Assembly (NCBI GenBank): GCA_947447995.1
Contig: CANFLQ010000004.1
Span: 2,268-66,267 of the forward strand
Length of the DNA: 64,000 nt
Direction: 5' to 3'
Origin: Bacteroidota bacterium
GTDB lineage: Bacteria; Bacteroidota; Bacteroidia; 2-12-FULL-35-15
Shown: positions 1 to 8,968 of the stretch, one piece after another
Layout: each line of letters begins with the position of its first letter
How positions within the stretch are numbered: the first letter of the stretch is position 1
Program-made: the position numbers and the translations under genes
The notes under the pieces: generated by a model
What the model was told of the DNA's origin: nothing
Databases searched by the model: none
What the model saw: the letters and a program-made list of their open reading frames with translations, nothing else

Positions 1-823
1 CTATTCTCCCTCCCTCTCCAATCAATTCTATTATTTGCCCCTCGTTTAAATTACCTTTATAAATGGTATGTACCTTTACTTTGGTAGATGTGTAAATTTT
101 ACTACTGTCTTTGTTATAATAAGACCGCGATTCTATCTTTTCTCCCTCAAAAATATAGTCGGCAGCATTAATGGTTTTTATGGTTTGTACGTTGGGTGTA
201 AAATCCCAAAATATAGGTTCTGCTGGCGGTTTACTTTCTATTAGCACTTCCGCTTGTTTTTTTTGGGGAATGCTTACACCGGGTACTTTTAAAAGCAAAC
301 TTTCAACATCTTCTTTGGTTTTAAATCCAATGTGATTTAAACCAAACATAGTAATATCTGATTCGTCAGCATATTCAAGACACGATCTATTATTCACATA
401 ACTCATTTTAACTGGTAAATTATATGCCTGATTTGGTACAGGTAGTTTAGTTAATTTTTTACAAAAAAGAATATAGGGCTCTCTGTAACCAACAGAAATC
501 CCATGTCTATTTACCCGTTCATCCAATCCAATTGTACCGCCCTCTTCAATCTGTTCTACTATTTGCCCTTCCGTTAAATTCCCTTTATATACAGCATTTA
601 CTTTTACTTTATTGGAAGTGTACATTTTACTACTATCTTTATTATAATACGATTTATCTTCGAGTATTTCACCCTCAAAAATATATTCAGCAGCGTTGAT
701 AGTTTGCATGGTTTGCTCGTTGGGTATCAGGTTTCTCCCGCTACGCGATTGATTTGGGTTTTGAGCATTGGCATTACTCCATAAACCAAGGACGATTAAG
801 AATAATAAAGATATTTTTTTCAT
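1..823 (-). CDS. secreted hypothetical protein, C-terminus cut by the window edge, with an internal tandem duplication
   Basis: ATG at 823-821 on the minus strand gives signal peptide MKKISLLFLIVLGLWSNANAQ. The frame stayed open where I translated it. It is absent from the ORF track, presumably because no stop lies inside the window. nt ~1-240 and ~520-760 are visibly homologous (AA(E/D)YIFEGE..SYYNKDSSK.YTS.KVKV..YKGNL.EGQI). Confidence 0.55.
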   Translation of the reverse strand, partial: MKKISLLFLIVLGLWSNANAQNPNQSRSGRNLIPNEQTMQTINAAEYIFEGEILEDKSYYNKDSSKMYTSNKVKVNAVYKGNLTEGQIVEQIEEGGTIGLDERVNRHGISVGYREPYILFCKKLTKLPVPNQAYNLPVKMSYVNNRSCLEYADESDITMFGLNHIGFKTKEDVESLLLKVPGVSIPQKKQAEVLIESKPPAEPIFWDFTPNVQTIKTINAADYIFEGEKIESRSYYNKDSSKIYTSTKVKVHTIYKGNLNEGQIIELIGEGGRI

Positions 824-1172
824 TGTTTTGTATTTTAAATTGTTGAAATAGTATTTTTAATTGAAGTATGTTTTTAAGACCGTAGTGTTTTTAAAATACA
901 TTTAATCTTATTTTTATTACAACACAAAGAATGTAATATTAACTTCATCGAATGCTATATATGTATTATCAAAATTTAAACGAATAAACAGTTTTATTAT
1001 TTTTGTATTGGAATAATACAGATATGTTGCCAATGGTATGGATACAATAAAAGCAAATTATTTTTGTTTTAATATGCGTAAAAACAAACATTTAGCTATG
1101 ATGGCAATGATAGCAACTTTGTTTATTATCACAGCCACAAAAATTGCTATAAGTATAGAGTAGCGTACATTC

Positions 1173-1208
1173 AAAAAAAAGAGTCCCGACCATAAGCCGG
1201 GACTCTTT
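1173..1208 (-). terminator. rho-independent terminator downstream of the 1136-aa gene
   Basis: GAGTCCCGG/CCGGGACTC-type stem (1181-1207). An A8 run on the + strand gives a U-run after the stem on the minus strand, 23 nt beyond the stop at 1231. Confidence 0.7.
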
Positions 1209-1230
1209 TACTAATTGTGATTGTTAATTA

Positions 1231-4200
1231 TTATTTAGCGATTACAACTTTTTCAATCGTTACAAATTTTTCGTTAGCTACTCTAACTGTGTACACACCA
1301 TTAGCCAAGTTTAAAGTATTGATAACTTGTTTTTGGTTTGCAGTAGCATTTAAAGAAGCAACTTCAGTTCCATTCATATCAAATAATTGAACAGTAGCAT
1401 TTTCTGAAACAACTACATTGATAGTTTCAGCAGCTGGGTTAGGATATACACTTACATTATTAGTAGTTGCAAATGTAATATTACCATCCACTACTTCAAC
1501 ATTAACTTTGTCGCCATTCAAATAACCTGCTAATGATTTAAGATTATCTTTTTTAACATCGTCAGCTTTAACACGAACAGAAACAACTGGTTTAGTGATG
1601 TCTAAGTTTTGTAAGCTAAAAGAAGTAAATCTTAAAGTAGAATCAACATCATTCAAATTATCCAATGCATTTAAAGTAGCAATGTGGTTTACAATTGAAT
1701 TGTAAGCAACACCACCATTTAATTGTAATGCAAAGTCAAGCGCATTGATAACTTTATCAGATACTATTGAAACAGGTATGTTTACAAACCCGCCTTGAGC
1801 AATAGCTTTTGATAAGTCAAAAATAATTTTATCAGTAGTTGCTGATTTTAAAATTCCATCAGCAGCAATTGATTTAAAGTTACCATTAACATCTCCAAGC
1901 AAAACTCCAGTATAAACTTGAGCACCTATAACTGGGCAATCTGTTGGGTTAGTTACTGTTGATGGGATATTGAATGCTCCGTTTGCATTAACTGTTGAAG
2001 TTAAAACTGGAGACATTGATTTAGAAAAACCAACACCATCGTTAGCAGGGTAAATACTAGAGATCATGAAAGCACCATTAGTAGCTAATGTGTGTTCATC
2101 AACAAAAACCCAGTCGTTAGATCTACCTTTACCTGCTTTTTTAGAACCGTTAGCATTGTGGCTCCACGCTTGTTTGAATTCACCAATTGCTAATACCGAA
2201 CGTTGGTTCATTTGAGAAACGTCACCAGCACTAATTACACCATCTTGGTTAACATCCATTGCAATCATTTGAAATACATTTGGTATGAAAGATAAGTCGC
2301 CAACAACTACTTTTCTTGCCAATAACGCATCAAAACCGTTTACAACAGCTTGTACACTTTTTGAAGAATCGATATCTCTTACAATGTTAAAAGCCAATGA
2401 GCTTAATGTTGCTCCATTAGGGAACAATGAAAAAGCACCAGCAGCATTTGGAGTTGCAAAAGCAGCAGAAGGATGAGTACCAGCTAAATTGTTTGTGTAA
2501 ATTTTAGTTGCTACATTGTTATTGATTGCGCTGTGATCAGCCCAAAAATTTAAAGTACCAGTTAACGTACTGTCTTTGTATGTTCTATAGCTTCCTGCAT
2601 CAACATTTACAGATGAAACACCATTAACATAACTTTCTTGAAAATTAGTGATTTTGAATGAAGCAGTATCTACAGATCCAAAAAGATTTGTTTTGCTAAA
2701 TCCAACACAAATTAATTCTCCAATTCCATTGAAAGTTGTTCCTGTCGGAGCATTGTTGTTCAAAGAAACTGAGATGATTATATAACTGCTATCAGCAACA
2801 ACATTGCTTGCAATAGTAGTATAAATAGGGTTAGTTAACGTACCTGCTGTAATAGCACCAGTTGGAGTTACTTTGTTTTTATTGTAACGTAAAACCATAT
2901 CATATCCTATTACGTTAGCAGCAGGGTTTAATACTTTATTTACAGGCAAACAAAAACTAGGTATAGCACAAATAGCAGCAGCAGTTGCTATTTTGTATGG
3001 ATTACCAGCTGGGTTGTCAATTGTAAAAGCAATTGCTGAAGAAATGGTGTTGTCTCCAAAGTTATCAGTAGCTTTAGCAGTTAATGCAAAAGTACCATAT
3101 TGTGCAGCAGATATCCAAGCGATAGAATATGGACTTGTAGCATCAGTTCCTATTGATACACCATCAACAAAAAATTCTACACTTGATACAGTACCATCAG
3201 CATCTGCAGCAGCAGCAGTAATAGTAACAGTAGTTGTAGCAACACCGCCTAATACTGAACCAGCATTTGCAGGAGAAGAAATACTAACTGTTGGAGCAAC
3301 GTTGTTACCTACAGTAATATTTTTTGCAGCAGAAGTTGTTACAGCTCCTGCGTTATCATACGCTTTAGCTGTTAAAGCATAAGCACCAACTGTACTTGTT
3401 AAAGTGAAAGTGTATGGAGAAGCAACTTGTAATGCTTTACCAACTCTTATAGCACCGCGGTAAAATACAACAGAGTCAATTGTTCCGTCAGCATCAGCAG
3501 CAGTTGCCGAAAAGTTGATTGGAGCACCTGTTATATAAGATGTTCCTGTTGTAGGAGCATCTAAAGTAACTGTAGGAAGTGCGTTGTTTACTGCAGAAAA
3601 AATTACTGCCGAAGAAGTAGCAGTTTGCCCATCATTATCAGTAGCTAAAGCAGTGATAGTGTGAGTGCCAACAGTAGCAACTACAGTGTTTGTGTAAGCT
3701 GCAGTAACATCAGTACCAACTGAAACACCATCTACAAAAAATTGAACACTAGAAACAGCGCCATCATCAGCAGCAGTTGCAGCAATGTTTACGTTATTAC
3801 CTGTCATGTAAGTAGCGCCAGTTATTGGAGCTGTAATACTTACTGTTGGTGGTGTTCCAAAAGTACCTGTTAAACCTGCATTTGTTTGTTCAGAACCTAT
3901 TGGAGCAGAAGAAACATATTGTTCTACTGAAGCACCAATAGCCATTTGAAGGTTTAATTCAAAATGAAAAACACCATCAGTAGTAAATTGACCAACTAAT
4001 ACTCTGTTAGTAGGAGTGGGACCAGTAACACCACCTGCAACAGCAATTGCATGATTGTTTACCAATAATGAATTTCCTACCTGACTAATGTTATCAAATA
4101 AATCAAGTTCATTAGAAAAACCTGCAAGTGTAATTGTTCCATTTGTTGCAGGCATCATACCGTCTTGTGTTTTAACCGCTATACCGATAGAAACTGGAGC

Positions 4201-4641
4201 ATTATTTAAAATAGCATCACCTACAATAAAACTACCGTTAGTATCTTCTGCTTTAAGCATCCCTGCTTGACCTGAAGCAGCAGCACCCATAGAAACCCAT
4301 GAATCTAAGGCAGCAGCTTTGTTTTTCAAAAATCCAGTGCCAATAGCATTGGGTGTTGTTGCACCTCTATCCTCAGAGTTAAAGAAATGAGTAGAGGTGT
4401 TGATGTTTAAATTGTGATTAACATCACCGTATACAGCTTGTAGTTTATAACCAGTTGCCATATCTACATAAATTCTGTAAGTTATAGAACCTACAGGTAA
4501 TACGCCATCGCTACCAGCAGCATCAGCAGCATCACTTTTATAGTATTTTTCTACTATGATACCTTCCAACCCTTGAGCATGGGCTGCAACGTTTCCTAGC
4601 AAAGCTATACCAAGACCTAATATTAAATTTTTAGTTTTCAT
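1231..4641 (-). CDS. large T9SS-sorted surface protein: shared ~240-aa N-domain, three Big_7-like Ig repeats, cohesin-like and dockerin-like segments, type A sorting domain
   Basis: Signal peptide MKTKNLILGLGIALLGNVAAHAQ. The N-domain (IIVEKYY..GS.TYRIYVD..GYKLQAVYGD.NH) is shared with the ORFs at 8969, 13433 and 14239. Repeats carry A(T/A)AAD(A)DG..SV.FFVDG. DVNQDGVISAGD is an EF-hand/dockerin-like loop. The C-terminus VYPNPAAETINV...GVYTVRV is typical of a Por/T9SS type A CTD. Confidence 0.85.
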   Translation of the reverse strand: MKTKNLILGLGIALLGNVAAHAQGLEGIIVEKYYKSDAADAAGSDGVLPVGSITYRIYVDMATGYKLQAVYGDVNHNLNINTSTHFFNSEDRGATTPNAIGTGFLKNKAAALDSWVSMGAAASGQAGMLKAEDTNGSFIVGDAILNNAPVSIGIAVKTQDGMMPATNGTITLAGFSNELDLFDNISQVGNSLLVNNHAIAVAGGVTGPTPTNRVLVGQFTTDGVFHFELNLQMAIGASVEQYVSSAPIGSEQTNAGLTGTFGTPPTVSITAPITGATYMTGNNVNIAATAADDGAVSSVQFFVDGVSVGTDVTAAYTNTVVATVGTHTITALATDNDGQTATSSAVIFSAVNNALPTVTLDAPTTGTSYITGAPINFSATAADADGTIDSVVFYRGAIRVGKALQVASPYTFTLTSTVGAYALTAKAYDNAGAVTTSAAKNITVGNNVAPTVSISSPANAGSVLGGVATTTVTITAAAADADGTVSSVEFFVDGVSIGTDATSPYSIAWISAAQYGTFALTAKATDNFGDNTISSAIAFTIDNPAGNPYKIATAAAICAIPSFCLPVNKVLNPAANVIGYDMVLRYNKNKVTPTGAITAGTLTNPIYTTIASNVVADSSYIIISVSLNNNAPTGTTFNGIGELICVGFSKTNLFGSVDTASFKITNFQESYVNGVSSVNVDAGSYRTYKDSTLTGTLNFWADHSAINNNVATKIYTNNLAGTHPSAAFATPNAAGAFSLFPNGATLSSLAFNIVRDIDSSKSVQAVVNGFDALLARKVVVGDLSFIPNVFQMIAMDVNQDGVISAGDVSQMNQRSVLAIGEFKQAWSHNANGSKKAGKGRSNDWVFVDEHTLATNGAFMISSIYPANDGVGFSKSMSPVLTSTVNANGAFNIPSTVTNPTDCPVIGAQVYTGVLLGDVNGNFKSIAADGILKSATTDKIIFDLSKAIAQGGFVNIPVSIVSDKVINALDFALQLNGGVAYNSIVNHIATLNALDNLNDVDSTLRFTSFSLQNLDITKPVVSVRVKADDVKKDNLKSLAGYLNGDKVNVEVVDGNITFATTNNVSVYPNPAAETINVVVSENATVQLFDMNGTEVASLNATANQKQVINTLNLANGVYTVRVANEKFVTIEKVVIAK

Positions 4642-4831
4642 TTTTTTTGTAATTTTGTATGAATGAATTTTAGTGTTTTTACTATGATTTGTTTACTTTG
4701 ATTTAAAAAACTATAAATATTAATTGCAAGATTGGGTTGAATTGGTCTGAAATTCGTAGTTTCAGCCTTATTTGTTTTGAACCTTCTGCGTTAACATTTA
4801 TAGTTTTTTTATTTTTATTTACTTATAATAA

Positions 4832-6544
4832 TTAGTTACAAGATTGATTGTATTGACCTAACACTTGTAAAAAGTCAGTAACATTGGTTACACCATCTTG
4901 ATTTAAGTCTGCTGGGCATGGAGCAAGTCCTGGAGTAACACTTAAAATAGTAGCGTACGTCCAGTCCGACATCCAGTTTTTACCAGTTGGAGCAAATGCA
5001 CCTCTGTAAGCAGCAGCTGTAAAAAACCCATCAACTGGTGCTGTAGGGCAACCAGTTGTAGCCAATGCAGGGTTTGGTACTGCATCCACTTTGTGAGATA
5101 TAGCATTTGTAGCATTGTTTACAGCAAACGCGTAATCAAAACCAGCAATAGAAGCTACACTTTTATTTTTATCAGTAGTATAAAATTGAGCAGTATCGGT
5201 AGTAGCAACACCACCTGTAATTACACCACCTACAACAGATCCGCCAGCAGCATTTTTGTCAATTGCAAAATCTTTTGTCATACCCACAAAAGTGTTACAT
5301 TTAATTTTTAAGCTATTAGTGCTGTTACCACCTGTGTTTGCCCAGTTATGGTAAGATTCGCTAGCACCTGTTCTTGTACCAAGAGCTTTGATAACATTTA
5401 CACCGTAACGGAAGTTTGCAAATACTGAATTGGAAATTTCTCCTTCAGTTAATTCTTTTGCTTCAATAGCAGCTAAACCTGAGTTATCAGATGTTAAAGC
5501 AGCTTTGTTGTTACCAATCATTGTTGCGTTAAAAATAATTGGGTGAGCGTGTAATGTTGCATTTGATTTTTGGTCATCCGAATCCATTTCAAATCCGTTA
5601 TCAGCATCAGCAGAAGGAGAAGTTGCTGCATTGTCCGATTTCATACCGAAAATAAATTGGGCTTTTCCGTTATAGGCATCATCCCAATCAAACATATCAT
5701 CGTTACCAAATAAGAAAGTAGCATATTTAATGTTTACAGTACCACCCCAAAATTCCATGTTATCATCAGCACAAGAAATAACTTCAACATGGTCAACAGT
5801 AGTACCTCTTCCAACCGATCCGAAAGAAATACCATTTATTTCACCACCTACTTGAAGTGCAGCACCTGCATGTCTTACTGAAACGTATTTTAACACACCT
5901 GAATTGTCGTTATCGTCAAAAGATGCTGGAGCTACACCAAATTGATCTTTACCATTAGTGGAAGCAAATCCTTCAAATGTTCCAATTCCATCAGCAACAC
6001 ATAATCTGCCATCGCCCACACCTGCTTGAAAAGGACCATTAGCAGCTAAGGTTAAATTGTTAGAAGCTTTACCTGCTAATAATAATCCTCCCCATTGTCC
6101 TTTGTTTGAAATAGCATACGTTCCATCCAATGGATCAGCTTCTGCTGTGAATACAATTTGGCAATCAGCATTACCACTAGCAAAAATTTTACCACCTACT
6201 TCAACAGTAAGAGCAGTTGCTAAACTAGCATCTGCATTGAAACGACCTTTTATTAATGCACCTGCATTAATAGTTAATGTTTTACCATTTGGCACATAAA
6301 TCTTTTTATCTAAGATATATGTGTGAGCGCAATCAAAAATGGTGTTAGATGCTGTTAACTCACCATCACTAGCACCACCCGATGTAGCTAGTGTAGATAC
6401 AAGTACAGTGGGTCTTGAAGCTACAGAAGGGCATCCACAAGCAGCACCCAAATTTGTTTGGGCAAAACTAGGCGCCAAAGTTGTCATTGCTAATATAGCA
6501 GATGAAACTAGTTTTGAAATTGTTTTGTTTGTTTTCATTTTCAT
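4832..6544 (-). CDS. secreted protein of unknown function with a C-terminal dockerin-like calcium loop
   Basis: Signal peptide ..LAPSFAQ. Central DDNMEFWGGTVNIKY-type motif that I recall from uncharacterised Bacteroidota secreted proteins. The C-terminus ADLNQDGVTNVTDFLQVLG resembles a dockerin half-repeat. No T9SS CTD. Confidence 0.75.
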   Translation of the reverse strand: MKMKTNKTISKLVSSAILAMTTLAPSFAQTNLGAACGCPSVASRPTVLVSTLATSGGASDGELTASNTIFDCAHTYILDKKIYVPNGKTLTINAGALIKGRFNADASLATALTVEVGGKIFASGNADCQIVFTAEADPLDGTYAISNKGQWGGLLLAGKASNNLTLAANGPFQAGVGDGRLCVADGIGTFEGFASTNGKDQFGVAPASFDDNDNSGVLKYVSVRHAGAALQVGGEINGISFGSVGRGTTVDHVEVISCADDNMEFWGGTVNIKYATFLFGNDDMFDWDDAYNGKAQFIFGMKSDNAATSPSADADNGFEMDSDDQKSNATLHAHPIIFNATMIGNNKAALTSDNSGLAAIEAKELTEGEISNSVFANFRYGVNVIKALGTRTGASESYHNWANTGGNSTNSLKIKCNTFVGMTKDFAIDKNAAGGSVVGGVITGGVATTDTAQFYTTDKNKSVASIAGFDYAFAVNNATNAISHKVDAVPNPALATTGCPTAPVDGFFTAAAYRGAFAPTGKNWMSDWTYATILSVTPGLAPCPADLNQDGVTNVTDFLQVLGQYNQSCN

Positions 6545-6792
6545 TTTTGTTTGTTTTCTGTTTGATTGGTTTAAAATTTATGTTTTAATAATTAAATTCA
6601 CCATGGCTGATGAACGATACAAATGTCGTTCAAATACATATTCTTAACTTAATTTCAGACTTATGAAATTATTATTTGTATGTGGAATTAAGGTTAATGG
6701 AATGATAATTAAAAATCAACATGTTAAAAAAACGCTAACAGTTAATAATAATTAATTAACATTAAAAAGAAAGGTGAATAGAATGAGCGGGA

Positions 6793-7347
6793 CTAGAAAG
6801 CGGGAACTATTTTGTTAACCAACAACAATAGCTCATCAGAAGCAGAATCTCGGTTTAAGTTATATACTTTAAATTTATATAACCTTGCATTTTTTAGGAT
6901 CAAAATAAAAGGATTGTTTAATACATCCTTTACCAAAAAGGCTTCATCGCCTACCTGTTTAAGTTCTTTTACAACTAATGTTTTTTGATTTTCAGATTTA
7001 AAACTATCAAAAAAAGATTTTGCTTCGGCAGTTGTTTTGAATTGTTCCATAGCATAAAACATTTCTGTTCTTATCCATTTAACACTGTCTTTCAATGTAT
7101 TTGCCCAATACTTGCACTTAAATTTCCAAACTCCTCCTTCAAAATCCCAAGTGCTATCTTTAAGGTGGGCAGGCTCTTTTAGCATTTTTTCAGCTTCGGA
7201 AAGTGATGGATAAGTGAAGGTATTTAATATGCTATCTGGAATACTTATTTGATTGGCTTTTTTGTTTACGTTAGCTTTAGTAGTTGTTTGTGAGTAGCTA
7301 ATTACTGTTAAGGATAAAGCTAAGATTAGGAATAATATATTTTTCAT
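6793..7347 (-). CDS. hypothetical secreted protein
   Basis: 184-aa ORF with signal peptide MKNILFLILALSLTVISYSQ. No recognisable motif. It starts 36 nt downstream of the preceding gene. Confidence 0.55.
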   Translation of the reverse strand: MKNILFLILALSLTVISYSQTTTKANVNKKANQISIPDSILNTFTYPSLSEAEKMLKEPAHLKDSTWDFEGGVWKFKCKYWANTLKDSVKWIRTEMFYAMEQFKTTAEAKSFFDSFKSENQKTLVVKELKQVGDEAFLVKDVLNNPFILILKNARLYKFKVYNLNRDSASDELLLLVNKIVPAF

Positions 7348-7383
7348 TTTAGAAATACTTGAGTATAAATTGAGTATGATAAT

Positions 7384-8109
7384 TTAAAATTGGTAATACA
7401 AACCAACGTTTAATCCAACCGAATATAAATAACTTTTAACCGGTGCATTTATTACCGATGTTATGGAACGTCGGTAAATGGGTTCTAATTTAAAATTCAT
7501 TTTAGTTGAAATTGGGTAATCAATACCCAATCCAACTGTGTATGCAAAATTTATTTTTAAAAAATCAGACTGAACTGTCGTTGTTTTTTTTTCGGCGCTT
7601 CTACTATTGTAACCCAATATGGATGTTGTTTTTTGTGTTAAAAAAAAATTTGCAGATACGCCTGCTGTTACAAACAATTTTAATTTCCCTGTTAATATAT
7701 AATAGTTTGCTTTAACCGGAATGTCGAGGTACATATAGTGATAAATAAACCTATTGTTAACTGGCAACACTCCATTTGCAGGATTCAATAAAATGTATTT
7801 TTTTGTTTGTTCTCCTTTATCAGATAATAGCAATCCAGATGCAATTGAAATTTTTTTATTAATCAAATAAACAAAATTTATCCCTGTTGTATATCCATAT
7901 TTACCTATTTCCATTGTATCGCGTATATCTGCTATTAGTTTGCCTGAAGCATCGGATTTTAATTTTCTGTAATTATAATCTGGCGAATAGGTAATGCCAA
8001 TTTGTAGTTTTTTTATTTTTACGGAATCGCCTGTTTCAGAAAACAAGGTAAAGGGTAAAAAAATTATACATAATAGGTGAATTGTTTTCATCATTTTTAC
8101 TTTATTCAT
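7384..8109 (-). CDS. outer-membrane beta-barrel protein (porin-family/OmpA-like barrel)
   Basis: Alternating aromatic/hydrophobic beta-strand pattern ending in ..VGLYYQF. I chose the start at ATG 8109 (MNKVKMMKTIHLL.. signal peptide). The longer track ORF (to 8178) overlaps the upstream gene and reads through a hairpin repeat. Confidence 0.65.
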   Translation of the reverse strand: MNKVKMMKTIHLLCIIFLPFTLFSETGDSVKIKKLQIGITYSPDYNYRKLKSDASGKLIADIRDTMEIGKYGYTTGINFVYLINKKISIASGLLLSDKGEQTKKYILLNPANGVLPVNNRFIYHYMYLDIPVKANYYILTGKLKLFVTAGVSANFFLTQKTTSILGYNSRSAEKKTTTVQSDFLKINFAYTVGLGIDYPISTKMNFKLEPIYRRSITSVINAPVKSYLYSVGLNVGLYYQF

Positions 8110-8146
8110 AACTCCCTCTCCTTTGGAGAGGGCTGAGGTGAGGCAT

Positions 8147-8962
8147 TTAATTTTTAACACAACGTATACTAAAACCATACGTTTTAGCTCCGTAATATCT
8201 AAATATATTGGTGTTTTTATAATCTAAATATCGATACCAAACTTGGTTTCCGTTGGTAGTAGACGACCACCAAAAACCAGTATACGTTAATCCATAATCA
8301 CTCCAAATTCCATTAAACATACAACAACCACCTGCAAGCGCAGAAAAACCACTTTGGTTATTTTCATACAAATCTCCAAATTGATCCTTTGCCCAAGCTG
8401 GTTGGCCGCTTGATTCATCTAATTTTAGTTGTTTTAATTTTTGAGCTTCCGTTGTTCCTCTCCAACTTGTTTTTTCGGCATCTGATGCATTCATGCCCAA
8501 TTGTTTTTCTAATGTTTTCCATTCGTCATCGCTTGGTATATGCCATCCAACAGGAGCAATATTTTTGCTGTTGCTTACTGCATACCAGTTATAAAGCAAG
8601 CCATATATTTTAGCGTTTGCATTTTCATCGTTATAAATACAATACGCTCCTTTTTTACTATTTGCCCATGTTGTATCCGGAATGTTGGAACTGGGAGAAA
8701 TATTTAATACCATTTTGTTTATTGTGGTGCTATCGTTGTATCGGGTTACTTTTAAATTTTCGGCCATCCACCATTGGTTGCCAATTTTAATAGTTTTGTA
8801 AATGTTGCCATCTATATCTGTTACAGTACTTGTTTCGGAGGGAGCAACTTTATTTTCTTTTTTACAAGCGCTTGTAATTATTATAAACAAACTTGCTAAA
8901 AAAAATGTATAAAATTTTGTATACTGTTTCAACGCCATAATATTTAAAAATATGCTGTTCAT
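8147..8962 (-). CDS. FISUMP-domain lipoprotein (Fibrobacter succinogenes major paralogous domain)
   Basis: Lipobox ..ITSAC. Motifs DIDGN.YKT.KIGNQWWMAENL, GLLYNW, GWHIPSDDEW, GFSALAGG, FWWSST and GFSIRC are characteristic of the TIGR02145 family. Confidence 0.85.
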   Translation of the reverse strand: MNSIFLNIMALKQYTKFYTFFLASLFIIITSACKKENKVAPSETSTVTDIDGNIYKTIKIGNQWWMAENLKVTRYNDSTTINKMVLNISPSSNIPDTTWANSKKGAYCIYNDENANAKIYGLLYNWYAVSNSKNIAPVGWHIPSDDEWKTLEKQLGMNASDAEKTSWRGTTEAQKLKQLKLDESSGQPAWAKDQFGDLYENNQSGFSALAGGCCMFNGIWSDYGLTYTGFWWSSTTNGNQVWYRYLDYKNTNIFRYYGAKTYGFSIRCVKN

Positions 8963-8968
8963 CCAACC

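Noticed and set aside
1074-1163. 29-aa hydrophobic mini-ORF (MRKNKHLAMMAMIATLFIITATKIAISIE) in the spacer before the terminator
   Set aside because: It has no ribosome-binding or promoter evidence and no conservation information. It could be real, but this cannot be supported from sequence alone.
2285-4270. Plus-strand ORFs (2285-2476, 2993-3382, 4088-4270) inside the 1136-aa minus-strand gene
   Set aside because: They are antisense shadows of a long, well-supported gene. Their low-complexity translations have no motifs. The same applies to 5093-5311, 6057-6299, 6339-6647, 9661-9876, 10606-10830, 12742-13002 and 15056-15421.
7384-8178. Full-length 264-aa version of the OM barrel ORF
   Set aside because: Its first 23 codons overlap the FISUMP gene end and translate the GC-rich hairpin repeat (..SKGEG..). 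The internal ATG at 8109 gives a normal signal peptide.
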